Part shown: positions 1-9,233 of the stretch, piece by piece
How the letters are laid out: every line of letters begins with the position of its first letter
Position numbering within the stretch: the first letter of the stretch is position 1
Source of the DNA: an uncultured Nitrososphaerota archaeon
GTDB lineage: Archaea; Thermoproteota; Nitrososphaeria; Nitrososphaerales; Gagatemarchaeaceae
Direction: 5' to 3'
Assembly: GCA_963838925.1 (NCBI GenBank)
Contig: CAWISW010000002.1
Span: 416,001-480,000 of the forward strand
DNA: 64,000 bases
Notes under the pieces: generated by a model
Database searches by the model: none
Told to the model about the DNA's origin: nothing
What the model saw: only the letters and a program-made list of their open reading frames with translations
Translations under genes and position numbers: made by a program

Positions 1-608
1 GCAGCTCCGCCTCCGCGCTCTCCGCGGTCATGGCGGTCGCTGCTGCCCTCAAGCTCCCCCTAAGCAAGGAGCGGGTCGCGACCTTCGCGCACGAGGCCGA
101 CATCGTGCGGCACACCGGGCTGGGGACGGTCTCCTCAACGTACAACCACTCGGGCGCAGCAATCATAGTCCACCCCGGCGGGCCCGGGGTCGCGAGGCTG
201 AAGGCCATCAAGGTCCCGACTGGTGTCAGGGTCGTGACCGCGTGCCTATCGAGGAAGCCGAAGGCCACCCTGCTCACGTCCACGAGAAAGCGCGACAAGA
301 TCAACAGGCTGGGCGAGGTGGCGCTGGCTCAGGCCTCCGACCTCAAGCTGGAGAGCCTCCTGGAGGCCGGACACGCCTTCGCCGAAGGGCTGGGCCTGAT
401 GACCCGGGCCGTGGAGCACCTGGTCGCGGCCGCGCTCGAGAGCGGCGCCATAGGGGCGAGCCAGAACATGGTGGGCAACTCGATGCACGCCGTCGTCCAT
501 GACGAGGACCTCGAGGCGGTTACCTTGGCCCTCCGCTCGGCCTCGAGGGCCGCCACGCTCGACTCCTTCCGGATCGGGGGAAGGATGGCAAGGATTCTGA
601 CGGAATAG
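1..608 (+). CDS. GHMP-family kinase, probably pantoate kinase (5'-truncated by the window edge)
   Basis: Frame is open from position 3 (SSASALSA, the tail of a GHMP Gly-rich loop); AHEADI, TGLGTV, PGGPG and ASQNMVGNS motifs resemble archaeal pantoate kinase. Confidence 0.75.
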   Translation, partial: SSASALSAVMAVAAALKLPLSKERVATFAHEADIVRHTGLGTVSSTYNHSGAAIIVHPGGPGVARLKAIKVPTGVRVVTACLSRKPKATLLTSTRKRDKINRLGEVALAQASDLKLESLLEAGHAFAEGLGLMTRAVEHLVAAALESGAIGASQNMVGNSMHAVVHDEDLEAVTLALRSASRAATLDSFRIGGRMARILTE

Positions 609-681
609 TTTGCGCGACTTTGCGCATGCTTAGGCTTATATCGCCACTTCTCCACAGCTAAAGCTAGCCGGAGTTCACAGA

Positions 682-3600
682 ATGGGGTATATTCGAAGGC
701 TCGAAGTAAAGGGTTTCAAGTCCTTCGGCCCTCGCGCGCTCACCATCACGTTCGAACAGGGGCTGAACGTAGTCACCGGTCCCAACGGCAGCGGCAAGTC
801 CAACATCGCAGACGCCATCCTCTTCGCCCTGGGCGAGAACTCGCCGAGGATCCTCAGGGCTGCGCAGGGGCGCCTGACCGGCCTGATCTACGACCCCAAG
901 AGGGAGGCCATCGAGGCCCGACAGCAGGGGGCGGAAGGTGAGACCGCCGAGGCAGCGGCGGGGCGCGCGTTCCCAACCGAGGAGCGCCCCTCAAGCTGCA
1001 AGGTGAGCCTACAGATCGACAACACGGACAGGAAGATCCCGGTCGACGCCGACCTCGTCACTCTGACGAGGGAGCTCAAGAACAACGGCGAGAACTCATA
1101 CTACCTCAACGGCAAAAAGTCCACCAAGAGCATGATCGCCGACTTCCTCGAGGTCTCGGGCCTCTCGCCCAGCGGGCTCAACGTGATCCCTCAGGGCGCC
1201 GCGACGAGGGTGGCCGACCTCACCCCCGACGAGAAGAGGAAGATGATAGAGGACGTCGTCGGCATCTCGAAGTTCGACGACAAGAAGGCCGAGGCCCAGA
1301 AGCAGCTGTCGCAGGCCGACACCAAGCTACAGATAGAGCTCGCGAGGACCGGGGAGATGAAGTCGCAGCTCGAGCGCCTCGAGGAGCAGAGGAACGACCT
1401 CGTTAGGTTCAACCAGCTCGAGGGGCAGCTGAGCTGGCTCAAGGCCGTCCAGACATCCAGGAGGGTGACCGAGCTCCGCGAGAAGCTGAGCTCCAACAAG
1501 CGGATGGAGGAGGAGCTCACGCTCAAGCTAGACGAGGTGCGCAAGAGGAAGGAGGAGTTCGAGTCTCGAGTAACCGGTCAGACCGCAGAGAAGGAGAAGT
1601 TCATCATCGAGATAGTCCAGGGAGGGGGCGAGGGCCCCACCAAGCTCCGCGACGAGCTCGAGTCGGTCAGGCTCCGCCGCGACCAGCTGACAGGAGAGGT
1701 CTCGAGGCGCGAGGAGAACATCAGGAGGCTCGAGATGGAGTCGATGCCCACCCTGCGCTCCATAGTCGCAGAGCGAAAGAAGCAGGTCACGGCTGTCAAC
1801 TCGACCGTCGAGTCGCTACAGACCACGAACGAGAAGCTCGACGCAAAGAGGAAGGACCTGAGCGCGCAGCTCCAGGACATCCTCGACGCCGAGGAGACGC
1901 TCCGCGCGACCATAGAGCGCAACAGGAAGCAGGGCGACAGGATCAGGGCGAAGCTCGTCGACCTCTCCGAGGAGGTCTCCCCCATCGGGCTGGAGATCAA
2001 CGCCGTGCAGGCCGGCCTGGGCGCCGAGAAGAAGCGGGCGGAGGAGCTGGAGGCGAGGGTCAAGAACTTCACGGAGCTCCTCGACAGGCTGGACAACAAC
2101 TCGAAGCAGCTCCTGGAGCTACAGACAAAGGAGACGGAGCAGCTGGCCGAGATAGACCAGGAGCTTTCCGGGCTCGAGAAGGAGAGGAACCTCATCGAGC
2201 AGAGCATCGGCGCGGCGAGCAAGGTGCTCGACAAGGCCTCGGGCGAGGTCGCCACGCAGACGGCCAAGGCCGATTTCTCCGAGGAGCTCAACTCGGACCG
2301 CGTGGGGCACGGGAGGCTCAGGGAGCTTTGCGAGGGCGGCGGGATCCCCGGATACATCGGGATGGTGAACGAGCTCGTGACCTACCCAGCCCAGTACACC
2401 AGGGCGTGCTCCGCCGTCATGGACATGTGGAGCAGCGCGTTCGTCGTCTCCGACGTCAGGTCGATGACCGCGCTGATCAAGGCCGGCAAGAGGCTCAACA
2501 TCAAGTCGTTCGCGATAATCCCGCTCTCCGAGGTGAGCGAAGTGAGGCCCGTCTCGGTCGGAAAGTCGGCGGGGGTGATAGGTCCTCTCTCGACCGTGCT
2601 GAAGGCCGACAAGCAGTACAGGGGCCTCATGAACTTCATCGCCGGGGACACAGTCCTCGTCGAGTCAGAAGGGATCGCGTACATCCTCGCCTCCGAGGGG
2701 TTCAAGACGGTGACCCCAGATGGGGAGATCTTCGAGCTGGGCGGGAGGGCCTTCGCGTACGGCCTCAGGGACGCGCTCTCGAAGGTGCTGGAGGCCCTCG
2801 AGGACATCGAGAACGTGGGCGAGGTCCAGGGGGCGGTCAAGGCACTCAGGGCCGCCATCGACAAGCGGAAGCAGCAGATGGGCTCTCTCGAGAGCGAGGA
2901 CAAGTCGCTCACAAAGGACCGCGTCAAGAAGATAGCCTCTGTGGCGGCCCTCAGGGCTGAGGCCGAGACCGTCGTCAGGCTCTCCAAGCGCTACAGAGCG
3001 ATGCACCGCTCCATCAACCAGGACTACGAGGCCCAGATGAGGTCGGTGGAGAGGCTCCAGAGGCGCGAGGCATCGCTCCAACTGAAGAGGGACGCCATAA
3101 CCACCGAGATGAAGCTGCTCAAGGACGGCCTCTCGGAGCAAGAGTCCCTCGGGCTCGACGGGTTCATCGCGGAGATCGAGAACGCCAGGAATGACCTCAG
3201 CCTCCAGCTCAGCGAGCTGTCGTCCAAGATATCGGAGTTCCACCTGTCCTACACGCGTGAGAAGGCAAACCTGGAGCAGATGGTGGTGCCCAACCTCGAG
3301 CGCGTGAGGCAGGACCTCGAGGCGAGCGAGATGCAGTACGAGGCCGACAGGCAGTTCGTGATAGCCTCCAGGAAGGAGCTCACCGAGCTGAACCACAGGT
3401 TCGCCGACCTCGACTCCCAGCTCCTGAAGGTGCTCGACTCCTCCACAAACAGCAGGCCCGTCCTGGAGGAGTTCGACAACAAGATCCGCAGGCTAAGGGA
3501 GGAGGCCGCCGCAGCGGAGCGCTCGGCCTTCAACACGGAGAAGGAGATCTTCGCGCTCCAGCAGAGCGCGATCTCGCTCCAGGACAAGGTCGCCGAGCAA

Positions 3601-4305
3601 CTCAGCAGCCTGAGGTTCTATGGCTACGACGAGGTCCTCGAGCTCTTCGAGGGGAGCGACCAGCTCCTCTCGCAGGTGGAGTTCGAGCACGAAGGCCTCG
3701 CGAGGACCGTCAACAAGAGCTCGGAGAGGGACTACGGCGTCGTCTACGACAGCTACAGGAACCTCTCCCAGAGGATCAACGAGCTCGAGCAGGAGAGGAA
3801 CTCCATCGTGAGGTTCATAGAGAGCGTGGACTCTGAGAAGAGGAAGGTCTTCGCCACCGCCTTCGAGACAATCAACAAGGAGTTCGCCGTCACCTTCAAG
3901 ACCCTGACGCAGGGCGAGGCGTGGCTCGAGCTGGAGAACAAGGAGGAGGTGTTCACCGGCGGGATCTACATGATGGCGAGCTTCAGGGGAAAGCCCGCCT
4001 GGGAGTCCTCGTCCATGTCGGGAGGGGAAAAGTCGGTGACAGCCGTCGCGCTCATACTCGCCATACAGAGGGTCAACCCGCACCCGTTCTACCTCTTCGA
4101 CGAGATCGACCAGAACCTCGACCAGGCCAACTCGCAGAGCCTCGCCAGCTTCTTCAAGGAAAGGTCGCAGCAGTCCCAGATCATCGTGGTCTCCCTCAAG
4201 GACACCATGGTCGCGGGGAGCGGCGTCGCCTACGGGGTCTACAACGTCGCCGGCATCTCGAGGATAGTGCGCGCAAAGATGGAGGTCCAGGTCAAGAGTG
4301 GTTGA
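682..4305 (+). CDS. smc: Chromosome segregation protein SMC
   Basis: GFKSF, Walker A GPNGSGKS, long coiled coils, hinge, signature MSGGE, Walker B LFDEID. Confidence 0.97.
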   Translation: MGYIRRLEVKGFKSFGPRALTITFEQGLNVVTGPNGSGKSNIADAILFALGENSPRILRAAQGRLTGLIYDPKREAIEARQQGAEGETAEAAAGRAFPTEERPSSCKVSLQIDNTDRKIPVDADLVTLTRELKNNGENSYYLNGKKSTKSMIADFLEVSGLSPSGLNVIPQGAATRVADLTPDEKRKMIEDVVGISKFDDKKAEAQKQLSQADTKLQIELARTGEMKSQLERLEEQRNDLVRFNQLEGQLSWLKAVQTSRRVTELREKLSSNKRMEEELTLKLDEVRKRKEEFESRVTGQTAEKEKFIIEIVQGGGEGPTKLRDELESVRLRRDQLTGEVSRREENIRRLEMESMPTLRSIVAERKKQVTAVNSTVESLQTTNEKLDAKRKDLSAQLQDILDAEETLRATIERNRKQGDRIRAKLVDLSEEVSPIGLEINAVQAGLGAEKKRAEELEARVKNFTELLDRLDNNSKQLLELQTKETEQLAEIDQELSGLEKERNLIEQSIGAASKVLDKASGEVATQTAKADFSEELNSDRVGHGRLRELCEGGGIPGYIGMVNELVTYPAQYTRACSAVMDMWSSAFVVSDVRSMTALIKAGKRLNIKSFAIIPLSEVSEVRPVSVGKSAGVIGPLSTVLKADKQYRGLMNFIAGDTVLVESEGIAYILASEGFKTVTPDGEIFELGGRAFAYGLRDALSKVLEALEDIENVGEVQGAVKALRAAIDKRKQQMGSLESEDKSLTKDRVKKIASVAALRAEAETVVRLSKRYRAMHRSINQDYEAQMRSVERLQRREASLQLKRDAITTEMKLLKDGLSEQESLGLDGFIAEIENARNDLSLQLSELSSKISEFHLSYTREKANLEQMVVPNLERVRQDLEASEMQYEADRQFVIASRKELTELNHRFADLDSQLLKVLDSSTNSRPVLEEFDNKIRRLREEAAAAERSAFNTEKEIFALQQSAISLQDKVAEQLSSLRFYGYDEVLELFEGSDQLLSQVEFEHEGLARTVNKSSERDYGVVYDSYRNLSQRINELEQERNSIVRFIESVDSEKRKVFATAFETINKEFAVTFKTLTQGEAWLELENKEEVFTGGIYMMASFRGKPAWESSSMSGGEKSVTAVALILAIQRVNPHPFYLFDEIDQNLDQANSQSLASFFKERSQQSQIIVVSLKDTMVAGSGVAYGVYNVAGISRIVRAKMEVQVKSG

Positions 4306-4951
4306 AGGCGGCATCCTGGCCAGGCCACCGCTGAACCTCCTCATCGACCCCAACGCAGCGAAGAGGAAGAGCCCGTGGGAGATCCACATCTCGGAGCTCC
4401 TGGACATGTTCCTCGACGCGATACTAAAGTCGGAGTTCCTCGACCTCAGGGCCGCTGGGACCGCGGCGCTTACCTCAGCCACAATATACCGGTTCAAGGT
4501 AGAGTCGCTCTTCCTGTTCGAGAAGCTCCAGCGCGAGAGGAGGGTCCTCGACTCAGTCGAGCCACCGCAGATCGTCGTCATGCCGTTCAGGTACGAGGTG
4601 TACTCCACCACCGTCGACGAGCTCTTCGACGCGCTCACGCGCATCCTCGAGGAGATAGTCCACAACGACAGAGAGGAGAGCACTGTCTCGCCCTCCCTCC
4701 TCGAAGAGGGCCCGCCGCCCAACCCAGAGGACTACCTCATCACCATACTCTCGAACCTCCAGGCCTTCCAGCGGGTCCTGAGAGAGCGGATAGGAGCGCT
4801 CGGGAGGATAAAGTTCTCCGACCTCATCGCCGGGATGCCCCTCATAGAGGCGGCACGCACGTTCATCCTCCTCCTCTTCGCCGCGAGCAACGGGACGGTC
4901 GTGCTGGACCAGGAAGGCGAGTACGACCTCCAAGTGATACTGGTGGGCTGA
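4298..4951 (+). CDS. scpA: Kleisin ScpA
   Basis: PWEIHI...DLRAAGTA N-terminal kleisin motif, C-terminal TFILLLF winged helix; overlaps the smc stop. Confidence 0.9.
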   Translation: MVEGGILARPPLNLLIDPNAAKRKSPWEIHISELLDMFLDAILKSEFLDLRAAGTAALTSATIYRFKVESLFLFEKLQRERRVLDSVEPPQIVVMPFRYEVYSTTVDELFDALTRILEEIVHNDREESTVSPSLLEEGPPPNPEDYLITILSNLQAFQRVLRERIGALGRIKFSDLIAGMPLIEAARTFILLLFAASNGTVVLDQEGEYDLQVILVG

Positions 4952-4958
4952 CCGCGAG

Positions 4959-5546
4959 ATGAGCGAGCCTCAGCAGCAGGAACAGACAGAAAGGGTCGAG
5001 CAAGCCGAACAGACTGCGCGCCCCAAGGTCAGCGACGAGGAGATCAGGGCTAGGATCGAGGCGGCCCTCTACTCCTCAGGGAGGGCGCTCGACGCCGAGC
5101 AGCTTGCGAAGGCCGCCGGGATCTCCTCCAAGAAGAGGGCGATGGACGAGGCCAAGGCGATCCAGCAGAGGATGAAGTCCATGGTCTCCGCGATCGAGGT
5201 GGTTGAGTACCCAGGCCAGAGATACGCCATGCAGCTCAAGGCCGAGTACACCAGCGTCGCGAGGAAGTTCGCGACCAAGCCTCTGCTGTCCAAGGCCGCG
5301 CTCCGTACCCTCTCGTTCATCGCATACTTCCAGCCCATCTCGAGCGCCGACCTAGCGCTCAGGAGGGGCTCACAGGCCTACGACCACGTGAAGGACCTCG
5401 AGGAGGTTGGGTTCCTCGCCTGGGAGAGGAAGGGAAGGTCGAAGCTCTACAGGACCACCACGGAGTTCTCAGAGTACTTCGGGCTGAGCGTCGACCCACA
5501 GACCCTGAAGCACCAGCTCGAGAGGCGCGCCCTCATACTCCGATAG
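4959..5546 (+). CDS. scpB: ScpB (kite subunit)
   Basis: IEAALY, LSKAALRTLSFIAYFQPI, YRTTTEFSEYFG. Confidence 0.95.
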   Translation: MSEPQQQEQTERVEQAEQTARPKVSDEEIRARIEAALYSSGRALDAEQLAKAAGISSKKRAMDEAKAIQQRMKSMVSAIEVVEYPGQRYAMQLKAEYTSVARKFATKPLLSKAALRTLSFIAYFQPISSADLALRRGSQAYDHVKDLEEVGFLAWERKGRSKLYRTTTEFSEYFGLSVDPQTLKHQLERRALILR

Positions 5547-5611
5547 CCGGATCCCCAAAAGGATCAAGAGAAAGTTCGGGCGCTCGCTTCGACGCGGAGG
5601 GCGACGGCATT

Positions 5612-5863
5612 TTGGGTGCCCCTTCGCGGGAAGACACTCCGACCACAAGGCGCAACTTTAGCAGAGGCTCCGTTGCCGCGCTGTCATTCGTCGTGCTGAT
5701 GGAGTTCGGCTTTGGCTTCACTTTCAGGTACCTCGTCCCGAACCTCGCCGTCGCGACGCTCGACGAGCTGTATTTCCTCACCTTTGCAATCGCTACGGCT
5801 GGGACCTTGCTAATCTACCGATATCTTCCAGATTCGAAGAAGCCCGCGTTCGACCTCTCGTAG
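5612..5863 (+). CDS. Small hypothetical membrane protein (2 TM)
   Basis: Two hydrophobic segments; fills the gap between scpB and rps8e. Confidence 0.5.
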   Translation: MGAPSREDTPTTRRNFSRGSVAALSFVVLMEFGFGFTFRYLVPNLAVATLDELYFLTFAIATAGTLLIYRYLPDSKKPAFDLS

Positions 5864-5928
5864 CTTGACGCGGTCTTCCGGAAGAAAGGCTTAACACCCT
5901 CCCTTGGCGGGAGTCGCCAGAACGCGAC

Positions 5929-6312
5929 TTGGTAAAGGCAGTAGAGAACCTGAGGAAGAAGAAGCTCACCGGCGGGAAGAGGCGCCCGTTCCGTGGACGC
6001 AAGGCGTGCGAGGCAGACGACTACGCTTTCGAGACGGCGGTGGGCGAGCCTGTCAGCTCTCCCAAGCGCACGAGGGGAGGTAGCTGGAACTTCGGCCTGC
6101 GCTACGCTAACAAGGCCAACGTCTTCGACCCTTCCACAAGCAAGACCGTCAAGACCGACATCCTCAGGGTGACGGCGAACCCGGCCAACAGGGAATACGA
6201 GAGGAGAGGCGTCATCACGCGGGGGGCCACGATCGAGACCAAGCTCGGCAAGGCGAGGGTCACCTCGAAGCCCAGCGACGACGGCGTCGTCAACGGCGTC
6301 CTCATCAAGTAA
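5929..6312 (+). CDS. rps8e: 30S ribosomal protein S8e
   Basis: KKLTGG, RTRGG, NPANREYERRGVITRGATIET, ARVTSKP. Confidence 0.96.
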   Translation: MVKAVENLRKKKLTGGKRRPFRGRKACEADDYAFETAVGEPVSSPKRTRGGSWNFGLRYANKANVFDPSTSKTVKTDILRVTANPANREYERRGVITRGATIETKLGKARVTSKPSDDGVVNGVLIK

Positions 6313-6520
6313 GAAGGGGTTCCGCTAACTCTTCGGCTCAAGCCGTTGTCGAGTCAACTTGCTGGCATCGACTCGGAGGATTAGGGTAGTCGTCCCGTTC
6401 CACGTCACCGCTTCACTTGCCAGCCCTTTTTCCTTCTCAATCGGACTGCAGGAGGTAGTAGCTTGTTGCGAGCGACATTCACCCTGCGTCTCCGACCGGG
6501 AGAGAAGGGAACGGTCGAAC
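6300..6520 (-). ncRNA. Predicted omegaRNA (reRNA) overlapping the tnpB 3' end; boundaries approximate
   Basis: About 70 aa of low-information tail follows RuvC-III, where TnpB omegaRNAs normally overlap; minus-strand hairpin GAGTCGA...TGACTC near 6352-6375. Confidence 0.55.
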
Positions 6521-7654
6521 CTCGACCGCCCCCTTGCGGACAGGTTCATGGCTGCGTGCACGTCCCTGTCTGTCCACCTGCTACACGCCTGACACCACAG
6601 CATCCTCGCATGCGCGACATCGTCCCTTGCGGGACTGCGGAGCTTCTCCCCACACGTCGAGCACCTCGACGAGGAACCAGAGGTGTCAGACCTCGTGAGC
6701 TGGATTGTGGTCACGCCCCTCCACGCGGCCTTGTATTCGAGCATCTTCTTGGCCTTCCAGTGGGGCCACGAGTTGAGCCTGAACCTATACTCCGCTCCCT
6801 TGCGGTTCCCCCTGTGATACAACTTACTGATGCCCGTCAGGTCCTCGATGGCGAGAGCGGCCCCGTCCTTCGCGGCGACGTCGACGACGTAGTTCGTGGC
6901 CGCGTGGATGAGCTGGTCGCCCCTGTGATTCGCCCTCTCCCAGTACTTGCGGGCGAGCCTCCTTCGCATCCTGACGTCGTTCCTCTTGAACGAGCCGACT
7001 ATCTCCCTTGTAGTCTGCCTGACCCTGACCAGCTTTGACATCCCAACTACCGTGACCTTCTCTCTGTCCCCGAACGCTATGTTCTTCTCGTTCCTGTCCA
7101 CGCCGTAGACCCTCCTGATCTGGGCAGGCTCGATGTCCTCGCTGTAGCAGAGTGAGAGCGAATCGCGCGTTAGGGTAAGGCTCCTCACCTCCCTGTCGGC
7201 GAGCTTCTTCAGCGTGTATGGTTCGAGTTGGATGTCGAAATATTTGTCGCGCCTCAGTGGGATGAAGAGCCGCCCCTTCATCGTGATGAAGAACCCGGAG
7301 ATGATGCACACGACGGGTCTCAGAGGTCTTGCATGGCTGACCCTGACGCCTCGCCTCTCGCCCTTTTCACGGCTTCGGACGACGGCACAGGCCCGCGTCA
7401 TCGATGCGAGCTTGTAACACGAAGGCAGTTTGATGTCCTTGAGCGTGCGGTAGAACCCCTTCATCCCTCTGCGGCTCTCGATCTTGTTTTCTTCGGCGTA
7501 CTGGATGGCGTTGTATGTGAGGGTCAAACACTCGGAGAGCAGGTCGCCGAGCTGCAGGCTGGAATAAGATTGAGTGACGGACTTTGTGGCTCGCAACCAT
7601 AAGCTACACTGGAATCGTATAAATGCGCACATGCGCCGAAGAGTTAACAGAGCC
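6318..7654 (-). mobile_element. Non-autonomous TnpB-carrying element with terminal inverted repeats and an 8-bp target-site duplication
   Basis: TIRs at 6318-6337 (GGTTCCGCTAACTCTTCGGC) and 7635-7654 (reverse complement GGCTCTGTTAACTCTTCGGC), 17/20 identical; TAAGAAGG directly repeated at 6310-6317 and 7655-7662; inserted between rps8e and SRP19. Confidence 0.85.
6325..7632 (-). CDS. tnpB: RNA-guided endonuclease TnpB (true start probably slightly downstream of the ORF start)
   Basis: RuvC-I GVDRN, RuvC-II AIEDL, Zn ribbon CSTC...CQAC, RuvC-III DRDVHAAMNL; all three catalytic acids present. Confidence 0.95.
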   Translation of the reverse strand: MCAFIRFQCSLWLRATKSVTQSYSSLQLGDLLSECLTLTYNAIQYAEENKIESRRGMKGFYRTLKDIKLPSCYKLASMTRACAVVRSREKGERRGVRVSHARPLRPVVCIISGFFITMKGRLFIPLRRDKYFDIQLEPYTLKKLADREVRSLTLTRDSLSLCYSEDIEPAQIRRVYGVDRNEKNIAFGDREKVTVVGMSKLVRVRQTTREIVGSFKRNDVRMRRRLARKYWERANHRGDQLIHAATNYVVDVAAKDGAALAIEDLTGISKLYHRGNRKGAEYRFRLNSWPHWKAKKMLEYKAAWRGVTTIQLTRSDTSGSSSRCSTCGEKLRSPARDDVAHARMLWCQACSRWTDRDVHAAMNLSARGRSRFDRSLLSRSETQGECRSQQATTSCSPIEKEKGLASEAVTWNGTTTLILRVDASKLTRQRLEPKS

Positions 7655-7724
7655 TAAGAAGGAAACTACTATAACACTCGCGACACGCGGCGGTCGCAGT
7701 CGAGCACGGGTTGAGCGCCTCTAG

Positions 7725-8024
7725 TTGAAGGAATACGAGCGTTTCGTCGTCTGGCTCGACTATATCGACTCAGAAAGGAAGCGGAGCGAGGGGCGCAGGG
7801 TCCCTCTGAACTCGTGCGTGCGAGCGCCGAACCTGGAGGAGATGGTCCAGGCGTGCAGGAAGCTCAACCTCGACGCCCAGCCCGAAAAGGCATTCTACCC
7901 CCGGGCCTCGCGCCGACAGTCAGGATACGTCTCGATAAAGAAACAGGGGCAAAAACAGCAGGTTATCATGGCAATTGCCCGAGAATTGTCAAGAATCAGG
8001 GGTTCGCAGCCAAAGAAAGTTTAA
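7725..8024 (+). CDS. srp19: Signal recognition particle protein SRP19
   Basis: VVWLDYIDS..RSEGRRVP, APNLEE, YPR. Confidence 0.93.
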   Translation: MKEYERFVVWLDYIDSERKRSEGRRVPLNSCVRAPNLEEMVQACRKLNLDAQPEKAFYPRASRRQSGYVSIKKQGQKQQVIMAIARELSRIRGSQPKKV

Positions 8025-8054
8025 AGGCAACCTTTGGGCTTCTAAGGAAGCCAT

Positions 8055-8279
8055 ATGCAGGAAGTTGGCGAGGTCCTCCATCAGGCGAAGAGCGGAAGGC
8101 TGATCATACGTTTGTCAGGCAAAGTCTACGCTGGCCAGGTGCTCCTGGACTCGAAGGGGAGGAACGCCGCGAAGATCATAGAGCTCATCGGCCCCGTCTC
8201 GAGGCCTTACGCATCTGCGGCTCCAGCGTCCGACCGCGCGGCCACTGGGAAGGAAGGCCGGAAGCTCTTCGTGGGGTGA
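8055..8279 (+). CDS. gar1: H/ACA RNP subunit Gar1
   Basis: VGEVLH..KSGRLII, ELIGPVSRPY; located between SRP19 and TFB. Confidence 0.85.
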   Translation: MQEVGEVLHQAKSGRLIIRLSGKVYAGQVLLDSKGRNAAKIIELIGPVSRPYASAAPASDRAATGKEGRKLFVG

Positions 8280-8288
8280 CCGGGGCAA

Positions 8289-9233
8289 GTGTGGGACCCC
8301 AAGGCAGACAGCGAAGTCTATAGGACGGACTGCCCCAACTGCGGGAACAGGCTCTTCGGCGACTCTGAGAAGGGCGAGCAGGTCTGCCAGTCCTGCGGCT
8401 ACGTCGCCCAGGCGGGCGCGGACGAGGGGCCCGAATGGAAGGCGATCGACCTCGAAGAGAAGACGAAGAGGGTCAGGGTCGGGTCCCCGACGACGCTAAC
8501 TCTGCACGACCTGGGGCTCTCTACTGACATCGGAAGGGACATGCGCGACTCGCACGGGAAGTACCTCGACCCCACGATGCGCGCCACGGTCGAGAAGATG
8601 CGCAAGTGGCAGAGCCGCGTGAGGACGATCAACAGCCAGGAGAGGGGACTCGCCATCGTGCTAGCGAAGATAACCGAGGTGTGCGACAACCTGAACCTCC
8701 CTCGCAACGTCGCAGAGACGGCGGCGCACATATACCGCACATCGGTCAAGCTCAAGGTAGCGAAGTCAAAGTCGATAATGGGGATGACCGCGGCGACCGT
8801 CTACCTGGCGTGCAGAAAGTGCGGAGTGAGCAGGACCCTCAAGGAGGTCGCGAGGGCGGCCGGGATAGACAAGGGATCCGTCGCCAAATACTTCAGGCTG
8901 ATACTCAAGGACGTCGAGAAGGAGTACGTCCCCCCCGCCTCTGTGGAGAAGCACATCTCGAAGCTCGTCAACCTCGCGAAGATCGACCCGCGCGTCGAGC
9001 ACCTCGCGCTCCAGCTCTCGCGCCTGACCAACGACTCGAAGATCTCGAGCGGCAAGGCACCGGCGGGGCTCGCGGCGGCGTACGTCTACATGTCCTCCGT
9101 CATGAGGGGGGAGCACCTCCCACAGCGCGAGGTCGCCGAGTTCGCGGAGGTCACGGAGGTCACCGTGAGGAACAGATGCAGAGAGCTGCTCGACAATTAC
9201 ATTATAAGGCAGAAGATAGGGTCAACCGAATAG
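8289..9233 (+). CDS. tfb: Transcription initiation factor IIB
   Basis: Zn ribbon CPNCG...CQSCG, GPEW, RVG.P..LHDLGLST, cyclin repeats, VTEVTVRNR. Confidence 0.96.
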   Translation: MWDPKADSEVYRTDCPNCGNRLFGDSEKGEQVCQSCGYVAQAGADEGPEWKAIDLEEKTKRVRVGSPTTLTLHDLGLSTDIGRDMRDSHGKYLDPTMRATVEKMRKWQSRVRTINSQERGLAIVLAKITEVCDNLNLPRNVAETAAHIYRTSVKLKVAKSKSIMGMTAATVYLACRKCGVSRTLKEVARAAGIDKGSVAKYFRLILKDVEKEYVPPASVEKHISKLVNLAKIDPRVEHLALQLSRLTNDSKISSGKAPAGLAAAYVYMSSVMRGEHLPQREVAEFAEVTEVTVRNRCRELLDNYIIRQKIGSTE

